This document shows, one piece after another, positions 45,854 to 55,674 of a stretch of DNA of 64,000 bases; within the stretch, counting starts at the first letter, position 1, and the number at the start of each line of letters is the position of its first letter. A program made the position numbers and the translations under genes. Source of the DNA: a bacterium (GTDB lineage: Bacteria > JAUVQV01 > DATDCY01). The notes beneath the pieces were generated by a model that saw only the letters and a program-made list of their open reading frames with translations, made no database searches and was not told where the DNA came from. The DNA lies in NCBI GenBank assembly GCA_036524115.1, contig DATDCY010000012.1, positions 22,396-86,395 of the forward strand. The letters run 5' to 3'.

Positions 45854-46441
45854 ATGTTTAGGCGAATTGCGAGATGCGTTAGGACTTATCGGAAGAGGCG
45901 GCATATCGAACTTCTGCAGCGCCGAGGAATGAAGCTGGGCACAAATGTTCAGATTGAAGGCGACTGCTTCTTCGATCCTTCTCACTGCTTTCTCATCGAG
46001 ATCGAAGATCATTGTGCGTTGGCGCCAAACGTCAAGCTCATAGCGCACGATGGCAGTATGTATCGGTTTCTTGGCGCGACAAGAATTGGACGGATCCGGC
46101 TGCGTCGAAATTGTCTAATTGGTGACTCCACGATCATATTGCCCGGCGTGACCATCGGCGAGAATTCTATAGTGGGGTCCGGTTCCGTTGTGGTGAAAGA
46201 TGTGCCGCCCAATGTAGTGGCAGCGGGAAATCCTGCCAAGGTAATTTGCGGTCTTGAGGAATTCCTCGCCAAGCACCGGCGAAATCTGGAAAGCTCTAGA
46301 AGGTTCGGCGAAGAAGAATACGGCATTCGGTTCATTACAGACGAGAAGCGAAACGAGATGCTTAGATATCTGGCGGATAACCCCATCGCCTACATGGAGG
46401 GATTCACACCAGACATCTCCATGCTCAACAAGCGGACATGA
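45854..46441 (+). CDS. Hexapeptide-repeat (LbH) O-acetyltransferase, maltose/galactoside acetyltransferase-like
   Basis: [49 protein letters not shown] lies 9 nt upstream. Confidence 0.75.
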   Translation: MFRRIARCVRTYRKRRHIELLQRRGMKLGTNVQIEGDCFFDPSHCFLIEIEDHCALAPNVKLIAHDGSMYRFLGATRIGRIRLRRNCLIGDSTIILPGVTIGENSIVGSGSVVVKDVPPNVVAAGNPAKVICGLEEFLAKHRRNLESSRRFGEEEYGIRFITDEKRNEMLRYLADNPIAYMEGFTPDISMLNKRT

Positions 46442-46447
46442 AGTCCT

Positions 46448-47584
46448 TTGAGTCTGAGGCAAGGTGACTTGAGTCTTCGCATCATTCAGGTAAGCCACGA
46501 CCTAAACATAGGGGGTCTGCAACGGGTAGTTGTCAATCTCGCCAAGGCCTTTCGAGAGCGCGGCTGCAACGTGTCAGTGCTTGTCCTACGTGAGCGTGGA
46601 CCTCTTGCTGAGGAACTGAACCGGAGCGGCGTGGATGTCCTCACGTTGCCTGGGGGCCGTAGGGTCGACTACCTGTCCTTAATGAAGATTTCTCGAATCA
46701 TCAAGGAACAGAAACCGCACGTCGTACATACGCACAATACACAACCGTTCATAGAGGGAGGCTTAGCGGCCCTGATATGTAGAGTCCCAGTGATAGTTCA
46801 CACGGACCACGCCCGATGTTATCCGGACAAACGTCGTTACATGCTAATGGAGCGTCTGTTATCAAGACATGTGAACCGAATCGTTGCGGTGTCTGACCAC
46901 ACGAGGGACGATCTCATCCGCTACTGCGGAATATCGGGGAAGAACATTCGAGTTATTCACAATGGCATTGACGGGACATGGAGCAGCGGACCAGTGGGGC
47001 GACTACAGAAGCTGAACGAGCTTGGGCTTCGTCCCACGGATGGGCCCCTCATCGGTCTTGGGGTGAGGCTTTGCTCCCAGAAGGGCGTAGGCTACCTGAT
47101 CAAGGCGATGCAGTTAGTTGTCAAAGAGTTCCCAAAGGCGACACTCCTGATTGCCGGCGATGGGGAACTCCGAAGTCAGTTGGACTGTGAGGCGAAACAA
47201 TTGGACCTGGATGAGAATGTTCACTTTGTGGGTCCCCGACTGGACATGCCGGAGATTCTGCGAATTCTGGACATCTATGTGCTGCCTTCACTCTGGGAGG
47301 GTCTCCCTCTGGTCCTTCTTGAGGCGATGGCGGCAGCGTTGCCGGTCGTTGCCACCGATGTGGGAGGGAATCGTGAGGTGGTTCGCGATGGACGCAACGG
47401 TTTCCTTGTCCAGCCCTGTGATTCGCCCGCCCTGGCCAAGGCTCTCCTGAACTTAATAGCGGATGCAGACATGAGGGCATCATTTGGCGAGCAGTCTCGT
47501 GAGATCTTTGAATCGGAATTTGCGCTACCACGTATGGTCGAAAATTACGAGAAGCTCTACCTGGAATGCCTCGGGCGTCGCTAG
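46448..47584 (+). CDS. Glycosyltransferase family 4
   Basis: LRIIQVSHDLNIGGLQRVV...GGNREVVRDGRNGFLV. The start is a TTG (46448 or 46469); no ATG is available. Confidence 0.75.
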   Translation: MSLRQGDLSLRIIQVSHDLNIGGLQRVVVNLAKAFRERGCNVSVLVLRERGPLAEELNRSGVDVLTLPGGRRVDYLSLMKISRIIKEQKPHVVHTHNTQPFIEGGLAALICRVPVIVHTDHARCYPDKRRYMLMERLLSRHVNRIVAVSDHTRDDLIRYCGISGKNIRVIHNGIDGTWSSGPVGRLQKLNELGLRPTDGPLIGLGVRLCSQKGVGYLIKAMQLVVKEFPKATLLIAGDGELRSQLDCEAKQLDLDENVHFVGPRLDMPEILRILDIYVLPSLWEGLPLVLLEAMAAALPVVATDVGGNREVVRDGRNGFLVQPCDSPALAKALLNLIADADMRASFGEQSREIFESEFALPRMVENYEKLYLECLGRR

Positions 47585-47599
47585 GCAGAAGGTATTCTC

Positions 47600-49084
47600 G
47601 TGTCGATGACTCATCGGGCCTTGAAGGAAGGAGCCTGGTATGGCGGTCTCCGCGTAGTCTCTCAAGCGTGCTCGTGGGCGGTGACGATCGCCATAGCACG
47701 TATTCTTCGCCCAACAGACTATGGGCTGGTCGCAATGGCGACCGTCCTTACGGGGTACATCGAAATCTTTAACGAGATGGGACTTGGTGCGGCGATTGTT
47801 CAGCGAAAGCAGGTGACTGAGGAGGAACTCTCAAGTGTGTTCTGGTTCACCCTGCTCACCGGGTTCCTTTTCGCCTTGGCGGCGTGGCTTCTCGCCTACC
47901 CAACCGCCAAGTTATTCGCCGAGCCAAGGCTGGTTGCAATTACACGAACATGCGCGCTGTTGTTTGTCATAAGTTCGATGACGTCTGTTCCTTATAGCCT
48001 TCTTCAACGTGAAGTGCGGTTTCGAGAGATTGGACTAATTGGGTTGATAGCGTCCCTAGTCCAGACCTCGGCGATGCTTGCGATGGCGATCATGGGCTTT
48101 GGGGTATGGACGCTCGTCGGCGGTCAGGTCATCCAGCGGACGATGACTTCGGTCCTGAGCTTCTGGAGATCATCCTGGTGGCCTAAGCTTCATTTTCGGC
48201 TTATCGAGACGCGACAGATGCTATACTTTGGACTGAATATTGCAGCGTCGCGGTCGGTCTTCTATCTCTTTCAGCGATCAGACCAGTTCATCATAGGTAA
48301 AGTCTTCAACGCAATGCTGCTCGGTCTCTATTCACTTGCGTTTCAGTTGGCAAGCATTCCCACGGACAAGGTGGTATCCATCGTGCAGCAAGTGTCCTTT
48401 CCGGTATTCTCGAGGATGCAAGGCAATCCGGATGAGTCGAGGCGACTCTACTTGAAGCTGAATTACTACATCGCGCTGGGAGTCACACCCGTCTACGCCG
48501 CGGGGCTACTATTTGCGGATCCGCTCATTCCAATCTTGCTGGGCGAGAAGTGGCGGTCCATCATCCCGCTTTTTCGGATGCTGTGCGTTATGAACTTCTT
48601 TTTGAATATCAGCGATCTTAACAACACTGTTCATACGGCGCAGGGGAGGCCACGGTGGCGGCTCTACTATATGCTAGTATCGGTAACGGTAATGCCGGCG
48701 CTCATCCTGGTGGCGGCACTCTATGGGTTCGAATTTGTAGGGATTCCATGGATCACGGTCTTTCCGTTGATCTGTGTTGGCTGGATACTGATTAGCTTGA
48801 GAAAACTGGAGATCAGGTATGGAGAGTATCTGCGAATCTTTGCGGTTCCATCGGGCGCGACGATGGCCATGGCCACAGGCGTCTTTGTTCTTAGGAAGCT
48901 GCCGGGATGGCCTGGTTCGCGTCCTTACGGCGGCGCCGCTGTGTTGGCGATTGAGATACTTTTCGCCGGTGCTATCTTTTTGGTTACCGTTGCCGTTACC
49001 GATAGGCGGGCATTCGACGGGATGATGGCCCTCGTCCGTCCTAAGCTGGAACGAACGCCACCGGAAGAGGCCGACGCGGGCTAG
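47600..49084 (+). CDS. Wzx-type polysaccharide flippase (MOP superfamily, 'polysaccharide biosynthesis protein')
   Basis: About 14 TM helices, with N-terminus GAWYGGLRVVSQACSWAVTIAIARIL and the central GLGAAIVQ motif typical of Wzx/RfbX. Confidence 0.75.
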   Translation: MSMTHRALKEGAWYGGLRVVSQACSWAVTIAIARILRPTDYGLVAMATVLTGYIEIFNEMGLGAAIVQRKQVTEEELSSVFWFTLLTGFLFALAAWLLAYPTAKLFAEPRLVAITRTCALLFVISSMTSVPYSLLQREVRFREIGLIGLIASLVQTSAMLAMAIMGFGVWTLVGGQVIQRTMTSVLSFWRSSWWPKLHFRLIETRQMLYFGLNIAASRSVFYLFQRSDQFIIGKVFNAMLLGLYSLAFQLASIPTDKVVSIVQQVSFPVFSRMQGNPDESRRLYLKLNYYIALGVTPVYAAGLLFADPLIPILLGEKWRSIIPLFRMLCVMNFFLNISDLNNTVHTAQGRPRWRLYYMLVSVTVMPALILVAALYGFEFVGIPWITVFPLICVGWILISLRKLEIRYGEYLRIFAVPSGATMAMATGVFVLRKLPGWPGSRPYGGAAVLAIEILFAGAIFLVTVAVTDRRAFDGMMALVRPKLERTPPEEADAG

Positions 49085-49140
49085 TGTAGTGTTCCACAAC
49101 ACTGGCAGGAAGCAAGGATATAGGAAGAGCGGAGCGCTTC

Positions 49141-50247
49141 TTGGCACAGACCGTTCGCGATGACTTGATAGATTTCTTGCGAGGTCTGGCCATCTGTGAC
49201 ATGGTGCTTGTACATTATGCGAGGTATGGCCCACGGTTACTCAACAAGGTGGTTGTCTATCACGATAGCGCTCTGGAAGGTTTTCTCCTTTGCTCGGGGT
49301 ATAGCGTTGGTGTCTATGTCAGGACGGTCTATCTCAAATCGTCAGGGACCGCAACGAGGACTCTTCTCACGCAGGCTCTACGGCTGGTAAGCGTTCAATA
49401 CCTTCTTATCGTGACTGCAAGTCTACCCAACTGGCTCGTTCGCGAGTCGTCCACTCAGGGATCCGAGATTGTGCGCTTTCTTGCCCGCTCCGTCCTTTTC
49501 CAGAATCAGATCGGGCTCATGCACATACTACCGCTCTTTGTGCCGCTCTTCCTTGCGAGCCCAATTCTGCTGGCGCTCGAAAAGAGATGGCATTTCGGGC
49601 CAATTCTCGTAATCTCCGCCCTGCTATTTGTATGGGGTTCTGAACGGCCGATCGTGTACGGCGACCCGGCGATCTTTCCCGTGCTGCTATGGCAAACTTA
49701 CTTTGTCATCGGCTTCGGCGTTGGTGTTTGGGCCACGAGAGTAGCGAAGACGATACCGTGGAGTTCGCACAAGACGCCGTTCCATGCGTTCGGAGTCCTG
49801 ATGTTGGCCCTAGCTATAAGGCATCTTCGGGTCGCGCCACACCTCGTTGAATGGAAGTCACTTAGCGCTAGTTTAGGAGAGTTCAGCAGATTTCCGCTGA
49901 ATGTGACAGGGTTGCTCTATGGATGCGCCGTCTGGTTCTTCGTGGCGGCGATCGCATCCTGGGCATGGAGTGTGATCTCGGAGTATTCAGCTACCAAGGC
50001 CGTTGCCCTTGCTGGCAGATATAGTCTTTTGGTGTTCTTTATTCACGTTCTGTTTCTGAAGTACCTGGAATTGTTTCGGTTACGTTTGGACGATGGGAAT
50101 TCCTACCTTGCCTATTCATGGTTCGCCGCTAATTGTCTGGCGACCTTGCTGCTCCTCTACTGGTATGAGTCGCGGGGGCGGAGCGTCGCGGGAGGGATCT
50201 TTGCCTGGCTATTCGGCAAGCCAAAAATGCCAAGAATGGCACCGTGA
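49141..50247 (+). CDS. Integral membrane protein, acyltransferase-3/OpgC-like (putative)
   Basis: N-terminal IDFLRGLAICDMVLVHY resembles the acyltransferase_3 R.D.LRG.A...VV..H signature. The protein is polytopic. The start is TTG 49141; no in-frame ATG precedes the motif. Confidence 0.4.
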   Translation: MAQTVRDDLIDFLRGLAICDMVLVHYARYGPRLLNKVVVYHDSALEGFLLCSGYSVGVYVRTVYLKSSGTATRTLLTQALRLVSVQYLLIVTASLPNWLVRESSTQGSEIVRFLARSVLFQNQIGLMHILPLFVPLFLASPILLALEKRWHFGPILVISALLFVWGSERPIVYGDPAIFPVLLWQTYFVIGFGVGVWATRVAKTIPWSSHKTPFHAFGVLMLALAIRHLRVAPHLVEWKSLSASLGEFSRFPLNVTGLLYGCAVWFFVAAIASWAWSVISEYSATKAVALAGRYSLLVFFIHVLFLKYLELFRLRLDDGNSYLAYSWFAANCLATLLLLYWYESRGRSVAGGIFAWLFGKPKMPRMAP

Positions 50248-50434
50248 TCCATTGTCATCGGCAGGTTCGTCATATCGCTCACGTGTGCCTGGTGGCGAGG
50301 CCGAACCCGAGTCGGCGGAAGCGACTCGCCTCGCGCCAATAGGAGCGATGCCTTGGAGCGACTTGACGACTGCGATAGCCCGACCCCGGTGTGGTCTTGT
50401 CGGCCCGTCGCGGGGCCAATCTTGAGATAGATCC

Positions 50435-51679
50435 ATGGAAAAGGCCGTGCTTCTGTTGTGGCTGTTGCACCTATTCGATTTTCAGTGGCTAGTATGCCAC
50501 TGGATTCCGGGACTTTCCATACTGAAGTCAATCCCTACGATCTTCACCTTTCTGTTGCTAGCTTACATGTTCCTCAGTAGGGGCGTCAGCGTCGGAAGCA
50601 AGACCGTCCTCGCTTTCTTGGCTGTCATCTTAATGAGTTCATTCTTTGCGGAGAACACGGGACGTGCACGCGTGCTAATTCGACAGATGGCAGTAGTGTA
50701 CTCCCTTCTGATACTCGTGCTCACATACATTCAAAGCGAAACGAACATCAGGACATTCTTCCGTATCTATCATGCATACATCGCATATATGGCCTGCTGG
50801 GGTCTCTTCGCGGGGGGCAAAGTTCCCTGGCACTACCTGCTCAATGAGGAGGACTCGTTCGGCCCACTGATGTGCATCGGCGCATCCATATGCTTCAGTT
50901 CTGCCAGGGCGGCCCGGCCAGGCAATGAAAGAAGATTCCTTCAGTCATCTGCCCTTTTGTCGGTCGCCGGGGTTGTTGCATCGTTTGCCCGCGGGGCTTT
51001 TGTGTCGTTGGTACTGACGATGACGCTGTGGGTGCGAGGAGCGAGAAAGAAGTGGGCCGCATTGTCGTCCTTGGCGATCGCGGTCGCGACCATTCTACTT
51101 GCGGCAAGGCTCATATTCCCCAACAATGAATACTGGGAGGAGATGAAGACGATCAGTCATGGGACGTCTCAGGGGACTGGCCATGACAGAAAGGTGCTCT
51201 GGGGCGTTGCGTGGTTGGAGTTCATCGATCACCCGCTCTTGGGAGTGGGACCCTATAACTTCGGAGTCAGGGCGCCCGAGTACATTGTTCGTCTGGAGGA
51301 TGCCGGTCATTACACCGATCCGGGTCGCATTTGGGGGCGAGCCTTGCACAATGGATACTTTCAAGTTCTTTCGGAGTTGGGTGTCTTCGGGGTGATCGCA
51401 TTCTTGGGAATCCTTGTGGACTTCCTTCGATCAAACACTAAAGGGAGGGTTTGTGTCGCAACAACCGCCACGGACGGCGAAGAAGGCCACAGAATCGCCG
51501 GCTTCGAGGCGGTGTCGCTGCTTCGCGGCGCGCTTTTCGGCATGATCGCGCTTCTCTTGAACTTAGTCTTCTTTGACATTCTATATTATGGGTGGTTGTT
51601 TGACATCTATTTGCTGAACGCCGTGGTCACCAGACATTTGGGTGTTGACTCTTCGGCGGCAGATTCGGTTCCAGGATGA
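50435..51679 (+). CDS. O-antigen ligase / Wzy-like polymerase family (Wzy_C domain), exosortase-locus type
   Basis: Polytopic, with FARGAFVSLVLTMTLWV and a large periplasmic loop (...GVGPYNFGVRAPEY...). Confidence 0.6.
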   Translation: MEKAVLLLWLLHLFDFQWLVCHWIPGLSILKSIPTIFTFLLLAYMFLSRGVSVGSKTVLAFLAVILMSSFFAENTGRARVLIRQMAVVYSLLILVLTYIQSETNIRTFFRIYHAYIAYMACWGLFAGGKVPWHYLLNEEDSFGPLMCIGASICFSSARAARPGNERRFLQSSALLSVAGVVASFARGAFVSLVLTMTLWVRGARKKWAALSSLAIAVATILLAARLIFPNNEYWEEMKTISHGTSQGTGHDRKVLWGVAWLEFIDHPLLGVGPYNFGVRAPEYIVRLEDAGHYTDPGRIWGRALHNGYFQVLSELGVFGVIAFLGILVDFLRSNTKGRVCVATTATDGEEGHRIAGFEAVSLLRGALFGMIALLLNLVFFDILYYGWLFDIYLLNAVVTRHLGVDSSAADSVPG

Positions 51680-51802
51680 GCCTCGTTCAATCGCCACCAC
51701 GCATGCCTGACTGGTTCATCGTCCCTCACCGATGGACAAAGTGCTGGACTACGGTGTGCACCGGTTTCTGGGTACATCCGACTATGGCACCGGTGTGTTG
51801 AT

Positions 51803-52894
51803 GTGAACGACTCAAACACGGCTTCGCGGCTGCCAGCCTTTCGTGCTAACAGTCTTGATCTATTGCGGTTGCTGGCGGCGGGTCAGGTCGCGTTCATGCA
51901 CTCCACTGAATTGTTGGATCCACGGTTTGCTGATAGCCACCTGTGTAGACTGGTGAACTTATGGCCTGGCGTACCCGTCTTCTTCTTCATAAGCGGATTG
52001 TTAATCAGCAAGTCTTACGAGAGCGCGCAGAATGTTCGCCAATACGCGGTTAACCGTATTCTCAGAATATATCCCGCGCTGTTGATCTGTGTGTTGATCA
52101 ACCTAGTGATGGTAGGCTTTACAGGGTACTTTTCGCGACAGAGCGTTTCTTGGACTGCGCTGATGGTATTGGCGGCCGCGAAGACAACCGTCGTGCAATT
52201 CTACAATCCAGACTATATGCGAGGATTCGGCGACGGAGTACTTAACGGCAGCCTGTGGACGATAACCGTCGAACTGCAGTTCTACGCATTTGTGCCGATC
52301 TTCTATGAATGTGTCAAGAGAACGCGACTCCGCTTTGGCATTGCCAGTGCGATTGTGATATCAGCATCAGTGGTGGCGAATATTCTGCTGTATTGGCTGC
52401 GCTCGGGCTACTCGGACACCCTTCTATGGAAACTGGCGAGGGTCAGTTGTGCTCCTTGGGTGTACATGTTTGTCGTGGGGATGATGGGACAGAGGTACTT
52501 CTCCCGCATCATGCCAGTTCTGATGCGAATAAACATCTGGGCGCTAATCACGACTTACTTTGCTGTGGCATACCTTGCACGCGCTGGCGGTGTGTCCTTG
52601 GACAACAGTGTTCCACCATACATGTTCGCAGTGTTGTGTGTGACGGTTCTACGTGCAGCCTATTCCTTTGAAGGATTCACCCGCATGCTCTTGAGGGGGT
52701 ATGACCTTTCCTACGGACTGTACCTATGGCATATGCCCCTGGTCAACCAGTTCTTGTACCAGCAGGTCTTGGGGGGGGCGTCTGTTATCCTGTCATTATC
52801 GATATCGGTTCTGATTGCGATGCTTTCGTGGAGATTGCTCGAGAAGCCCATCCTTGGGCTAAAACGATATTCGATTCGGGCAAGTCATGCGTGA
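51803..52894 (+). CDS. Acyltransferase family 3 (membrane O-acyltransferase)
   Basis: LDLLRLLAAGQVAFMHS... polytopic, with S.SYGLYLWHMPL near the C-terminus. Confidence 0.65.
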   Translation: MNDSNTASRLPAFRANSLDLLRLLAAGQVAFMHSTELLDPRFADSHLCRLVNLWPGVPVFFFISGLLISKSYESAQNVRQYAVNRILRIYPALLICVLINLVMVGFTGYFSRQSVSWTALMVLAAAKTTVVQFYNPDYMRGFGDGVLNGSLWTITVELQFYAFVPIFYECVKRTRLRFGIASAIVISASVVANILLYWLRSGYSDTLLWKLARVSCAPWVYMFVVGMMGQRYFSRIMPVLMRINIWALITTYFAVAYLARAGGVSLDNSVPPYMFAVLCVTVLRAAYSFEGFTRMLLRGYDLSYGLYLWHMPLVNQFLYQQVLGGASVILSLSISVLIAMLSWRLLEKPILGLKRYSIRASHA

Positions 52895-52934
52895 TCAGGA
52901 TGGGGGTGTTTGCCGGACGGCGGGAGACGCTTCG

Positions 52935-53984
52935 GTGACCTTGGCCAAGACAAGAGCATCTCGGTGGATCTGGATTACCTGGGAAAGGCAGCGCCGGTCG
53001 GTTGAGATGGCAAGAGCCTTGGGCTGCAAGTTGTACGTCTTCGACTACAGCGGCAGCTTTCGGTATGTGAGATGCATCTTTTCCACCTTGTTTGCATGCT
53101 TGAGGGACAGGCCGAAGATTCTGTTCGTGCAGAATCCGTCGATGGTATTGGCGGTATTTGCCGCATGCATGAGACCGCTGGGCCGATTTGCGCTTGTGGT
53201 TGATCGGCACAGTTCCTTCCGGGTCGGCAAGCAATATGTCTGTGCCCGAGATCGAAACAGGGTTCTGCGAAGACTGGTCGAGGCATGCAATTCCTACTCG
53301 ATCCGAAGGGCTGATATTACGATCGTTACAAATGCATTTCTTGCGGATGTTGTGAAGCGCTATGGTGGAGTTCCTTTCATACTGCCTGACAAATTGCCGG
53401 ACATAGAGTGTGCGAATCCGTTTCAAGTTGCGGTTAGAGAAGGGGCCAGAGTCCTTCTAGTGTCGTCGTTTGGACGCGATGAACCCGTAGAGGAAGCCGT
53501 CGAGGCGATGAGGATGTTGCTGAACGAAGATGTCGTCATGCATGTTTCTGGCAATTGTCGGAAGCTGAGGGATTCGGTGCTGCGCGGAGCTCCTTCGAAT
53601 GTAGTCTTCACCGGCTTCATGGCAGAGGACGAATATCTCGCGACATTGTGCGCATCTGATGCCGTGATAGCGCTCACTACGTCGGACCACACGATGCTCT
53701 GTGGATGCTATGAAGCAGTGGCTGCCGGAAAGCCCCTCATTACGTCCGACAAGAAGGTGCTAGTAGACTATTTTTCAGGCGCGAGATTTGTATCTAATGA
53801 GGCGGACTCGATCCGAGAGGCGATCGTCGATGTCTTGTTCTTGAACAGGGAGAAGTATCTGGCGGAAACGAGGAAGATGCAGATAGCCCTCGCGAAGTCG
53901 TGGGGGGAACGATTCATAGGGCTGTGTCAAGTGCTGGAAGGATTACGCAGGAGCGACGAAGAGTTAGGGGATTGTGGCAACTGA
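52935..53984 (+). CDS. Glycosyltransferase (GT-B, GT4-like)
   Basis: C-terminal CYEAVAAGKPLITSD... The track start ATG 52887 overlaps the previous gene by 8 nt and has no RBS. GTG 52935 has GGGAGA upstream. The start is uncertain. Confidence 0.55.
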   Translation: MTLAKTRASRWIWITWERQRRSVEMARALGCKLYVFDYSGSFRYVRCIFSTLFACLRDRPKILFVQNPSMVLAVFAACMRPLGRFALVVDRHSSFRVGKQYVCARDRNRVLRRLVEACNSYSIRRADITIVTNAFLADVVKRYGGVPFILPDKLPDIECANPFQVAVREGARVLLVSSFGRDEPVEEAVEAMRMLLNEDVVMHVSGNCRKLRDSVLRGAPSNVVFTGFMAEDEYLATLCASDAVIALTTSDHTMLCGCYEAVAAGKPLITSDKKVLVDYFSGARFVSNEADSIREAIVDVLFLNREKYLAETRKMQIALAKSWGERFIGLCQVLEGLRRSDEELGDCGN

Positions 53985-53992
53985 TAGAGGGG

Positions 53993-55435
53993 GTGGGCGG
54001 CCTGCTCTACGAGCTATATTCACGATTTCCTGTCTGCATGCAAAACTTGGCAGTTTCGATGTACGGATATCGGGAATGTGTCGTTCGACATGGGAAATTC
54101 TTCGAATCTGCCCGGGGCCAGATCGCCGGCAGGATGTACGTTTCCGGTCGGGCTCTGCAAGAATACCAATCCCAAGCGCTTAGGAACCTTGTGATGAGGT
54201 GCAACGAAAAAGTCCCATATTACAGAAAGATCTTTCGGAAGATCGGACTCGAGCCTAGGCAGATTCGTGGCGTCGAGGATCTGCTGAGGCTCCCTATCCT
54301 TGAGAAATCTGAATTACGGGACAATCAGAGCACCTTGGTCGCTGATGATATTCGGAAGGCGGACTTAATCGTATTGGGGACGAGCGGAACGACAGGTACG
54401 CCGCTGAGGATTTGGTGCAATACGCGAACACGAAGGCTAAACTATGCCTATTATGATAGATTTCTAAGGCAAGCGGGCATAGATTATTCGGCGCCCAGGG
54501 CGACCTTTGGAGGAAGGCTGATTGTTCCGAGCGGGCAGCGGAAGCCCCCGTTCTGGCGGTATAGCGTCTTCCAAAAGAACCTTCTCTTTTCTTCATATCA
54601 CTTGAGCGATGATAATATTGGATATTATATCGACAAACTCATCCGCTATCGGCCAAGCTACATTGATGCTTATCCGTCAAGCTTGCACCAGATTGCCGCA
54701 TACGCGAGCAGACATGGGCTGGACCTGCGAGGGTGCACGGGAGGCATTACAACTTCCGCGGAGACACTGCTTGACGATCAGCGACGGATGATTGAAGACG
54801 TGTTTGGCGTGCAAGTGTATGATCAATACGGATCAGCGGAGATGTGCGCATTTATCGGCCAATGTAGAATGGGGAACTATCACATACATGGAGACTACGG
54901 GATAGTAGAGATTTTGCGGTCAGACGGCTCGCCGGCCAAACCTGGCGAGGAAGGCGAACTGGTATGCACCGGACTCATCAACGAAGTAATGCCTCTGCTT
55001 CGGTATCGAATTGGAGATATCGGAGTGTTATCGGACAGAACATGCTGCTGCGGCTCTCAGTTTCCGCTCTTGGATAGAATTCTGGGCCGCATGGACGACC
55101 TAATCACAACCCCCGAGGGCCATCGGGTCGGGAGGCTGAGCCCAGTCGCAAAGGGTCTCCCGGTGAGGGAAGTCCAGTATGTCCAGAGCAATGTCCATGG
55201 CGTAGTCGTGCTCGTGGTCCCAGATGCTGGATATTGCGAGGCTGCGGAGGCTACGCTTGTAGCCGAGCTGCAGAAGAGGTTGGGAAGATCTATGAAGATT
55301 GACGTTCAGCAGGTGGATGTTATACCGCGCTCAAAGAGCGGGAAGTTTAGGTCAACCGTTTCATCCGTTTGGAATGCTGGCCCCGAGGAGCGACGAGGTC
55401 AGCTCTCCCGACCAGGCGGTCATATCTGCCATTGA
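53993..55435 (+). CDS. Adenylate-forming enzyme, phenylacetate-CoA ligase / coenzyme F390 synthetase (CapK-like) family
   Basis: LVLGTSGTTGTPLRIWC (P-loop), SAE..., VPYYRKIF...EDLLRLPILEKSELR, and the C-terminal ACT-like region typical of PaaK/CapK. Start is GTG 53993 (GAGGGG upstream) or ATG 54038. The track start 53900 overlaps the GT gene. Confidence 0.65.
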   Translation: MGGLLYELYSRFPVCMQNLAVSMYGYRECVVRHGKFFESARGQIAGRMYVSGRALQEYQSQALRNLVMRCNEKVPYYRKIFRKIGLEPRQIRGVEDLLRLPILEKSELRDNQSTLVADDIRKADLIVLGTSGTTGTPLRIWCNTRTRRLNYAYYDRFLRQAGIDYSAPRATFGGRLIVPSGQRKPPFWRYSVFQKNLLFSSYHLSDDNIGYYIDKLIRYRPSYIDAYPSSLHQIAAYASRHGLDLRGCTGGITTSAETLLDDQRRMIEDVFGVQVYDQYGSAEMCAFIGQCRMGNYHIHGDYGIVEILRSDGSPAKPGEEGELVCTGLINEVMPLLRYRIGDIGVLSDRTCCCGSQFPLLDRILGRMDDLITTPEGHRVGRLSPVAKGLPVREVQYVQSNVHGVVVLVVPDAGYCEAAEATLVAELQKRLGRSMKIDVQQVDVIPRSKSGKFRSTVSSVWNAGPEERRGQLSRPGGHICH

Positions 55436-55556
55436 GAAGGAGATGGATGAGAAATGAGGATTGGGCCACGTTATGCGATTCAACCAGCCGGTTATTAATC
55501 GGAGCCATCCTCCGTTGTCGAGTCTCAAAGGCAGGGCACCGTGTTCATCGATCTTC

Positions 55557-55570
55557 GTGATGCGCATCAC
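55557..55570. promoter_or_regulatory. Perfect 14-bp palindrome GTGATGCGCATCAC upstream of the beta-helix gene (candidate operator)
   Basis: Exactly self-complementary. It lies about 105 bp upstream of ATG 55675 in a 240-bp intergenic region. Confidence 0.3.
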
Positions 55571-55674
55571 GGTGACTTCGCGACATTGGAGATAATGTCC
55601 GGACATGGATTGGCTGCTTTGCCGCGCGCAGAGGACGCGGACGGACGAATGGATCGGGTAAGCGAGGTGGTGGC

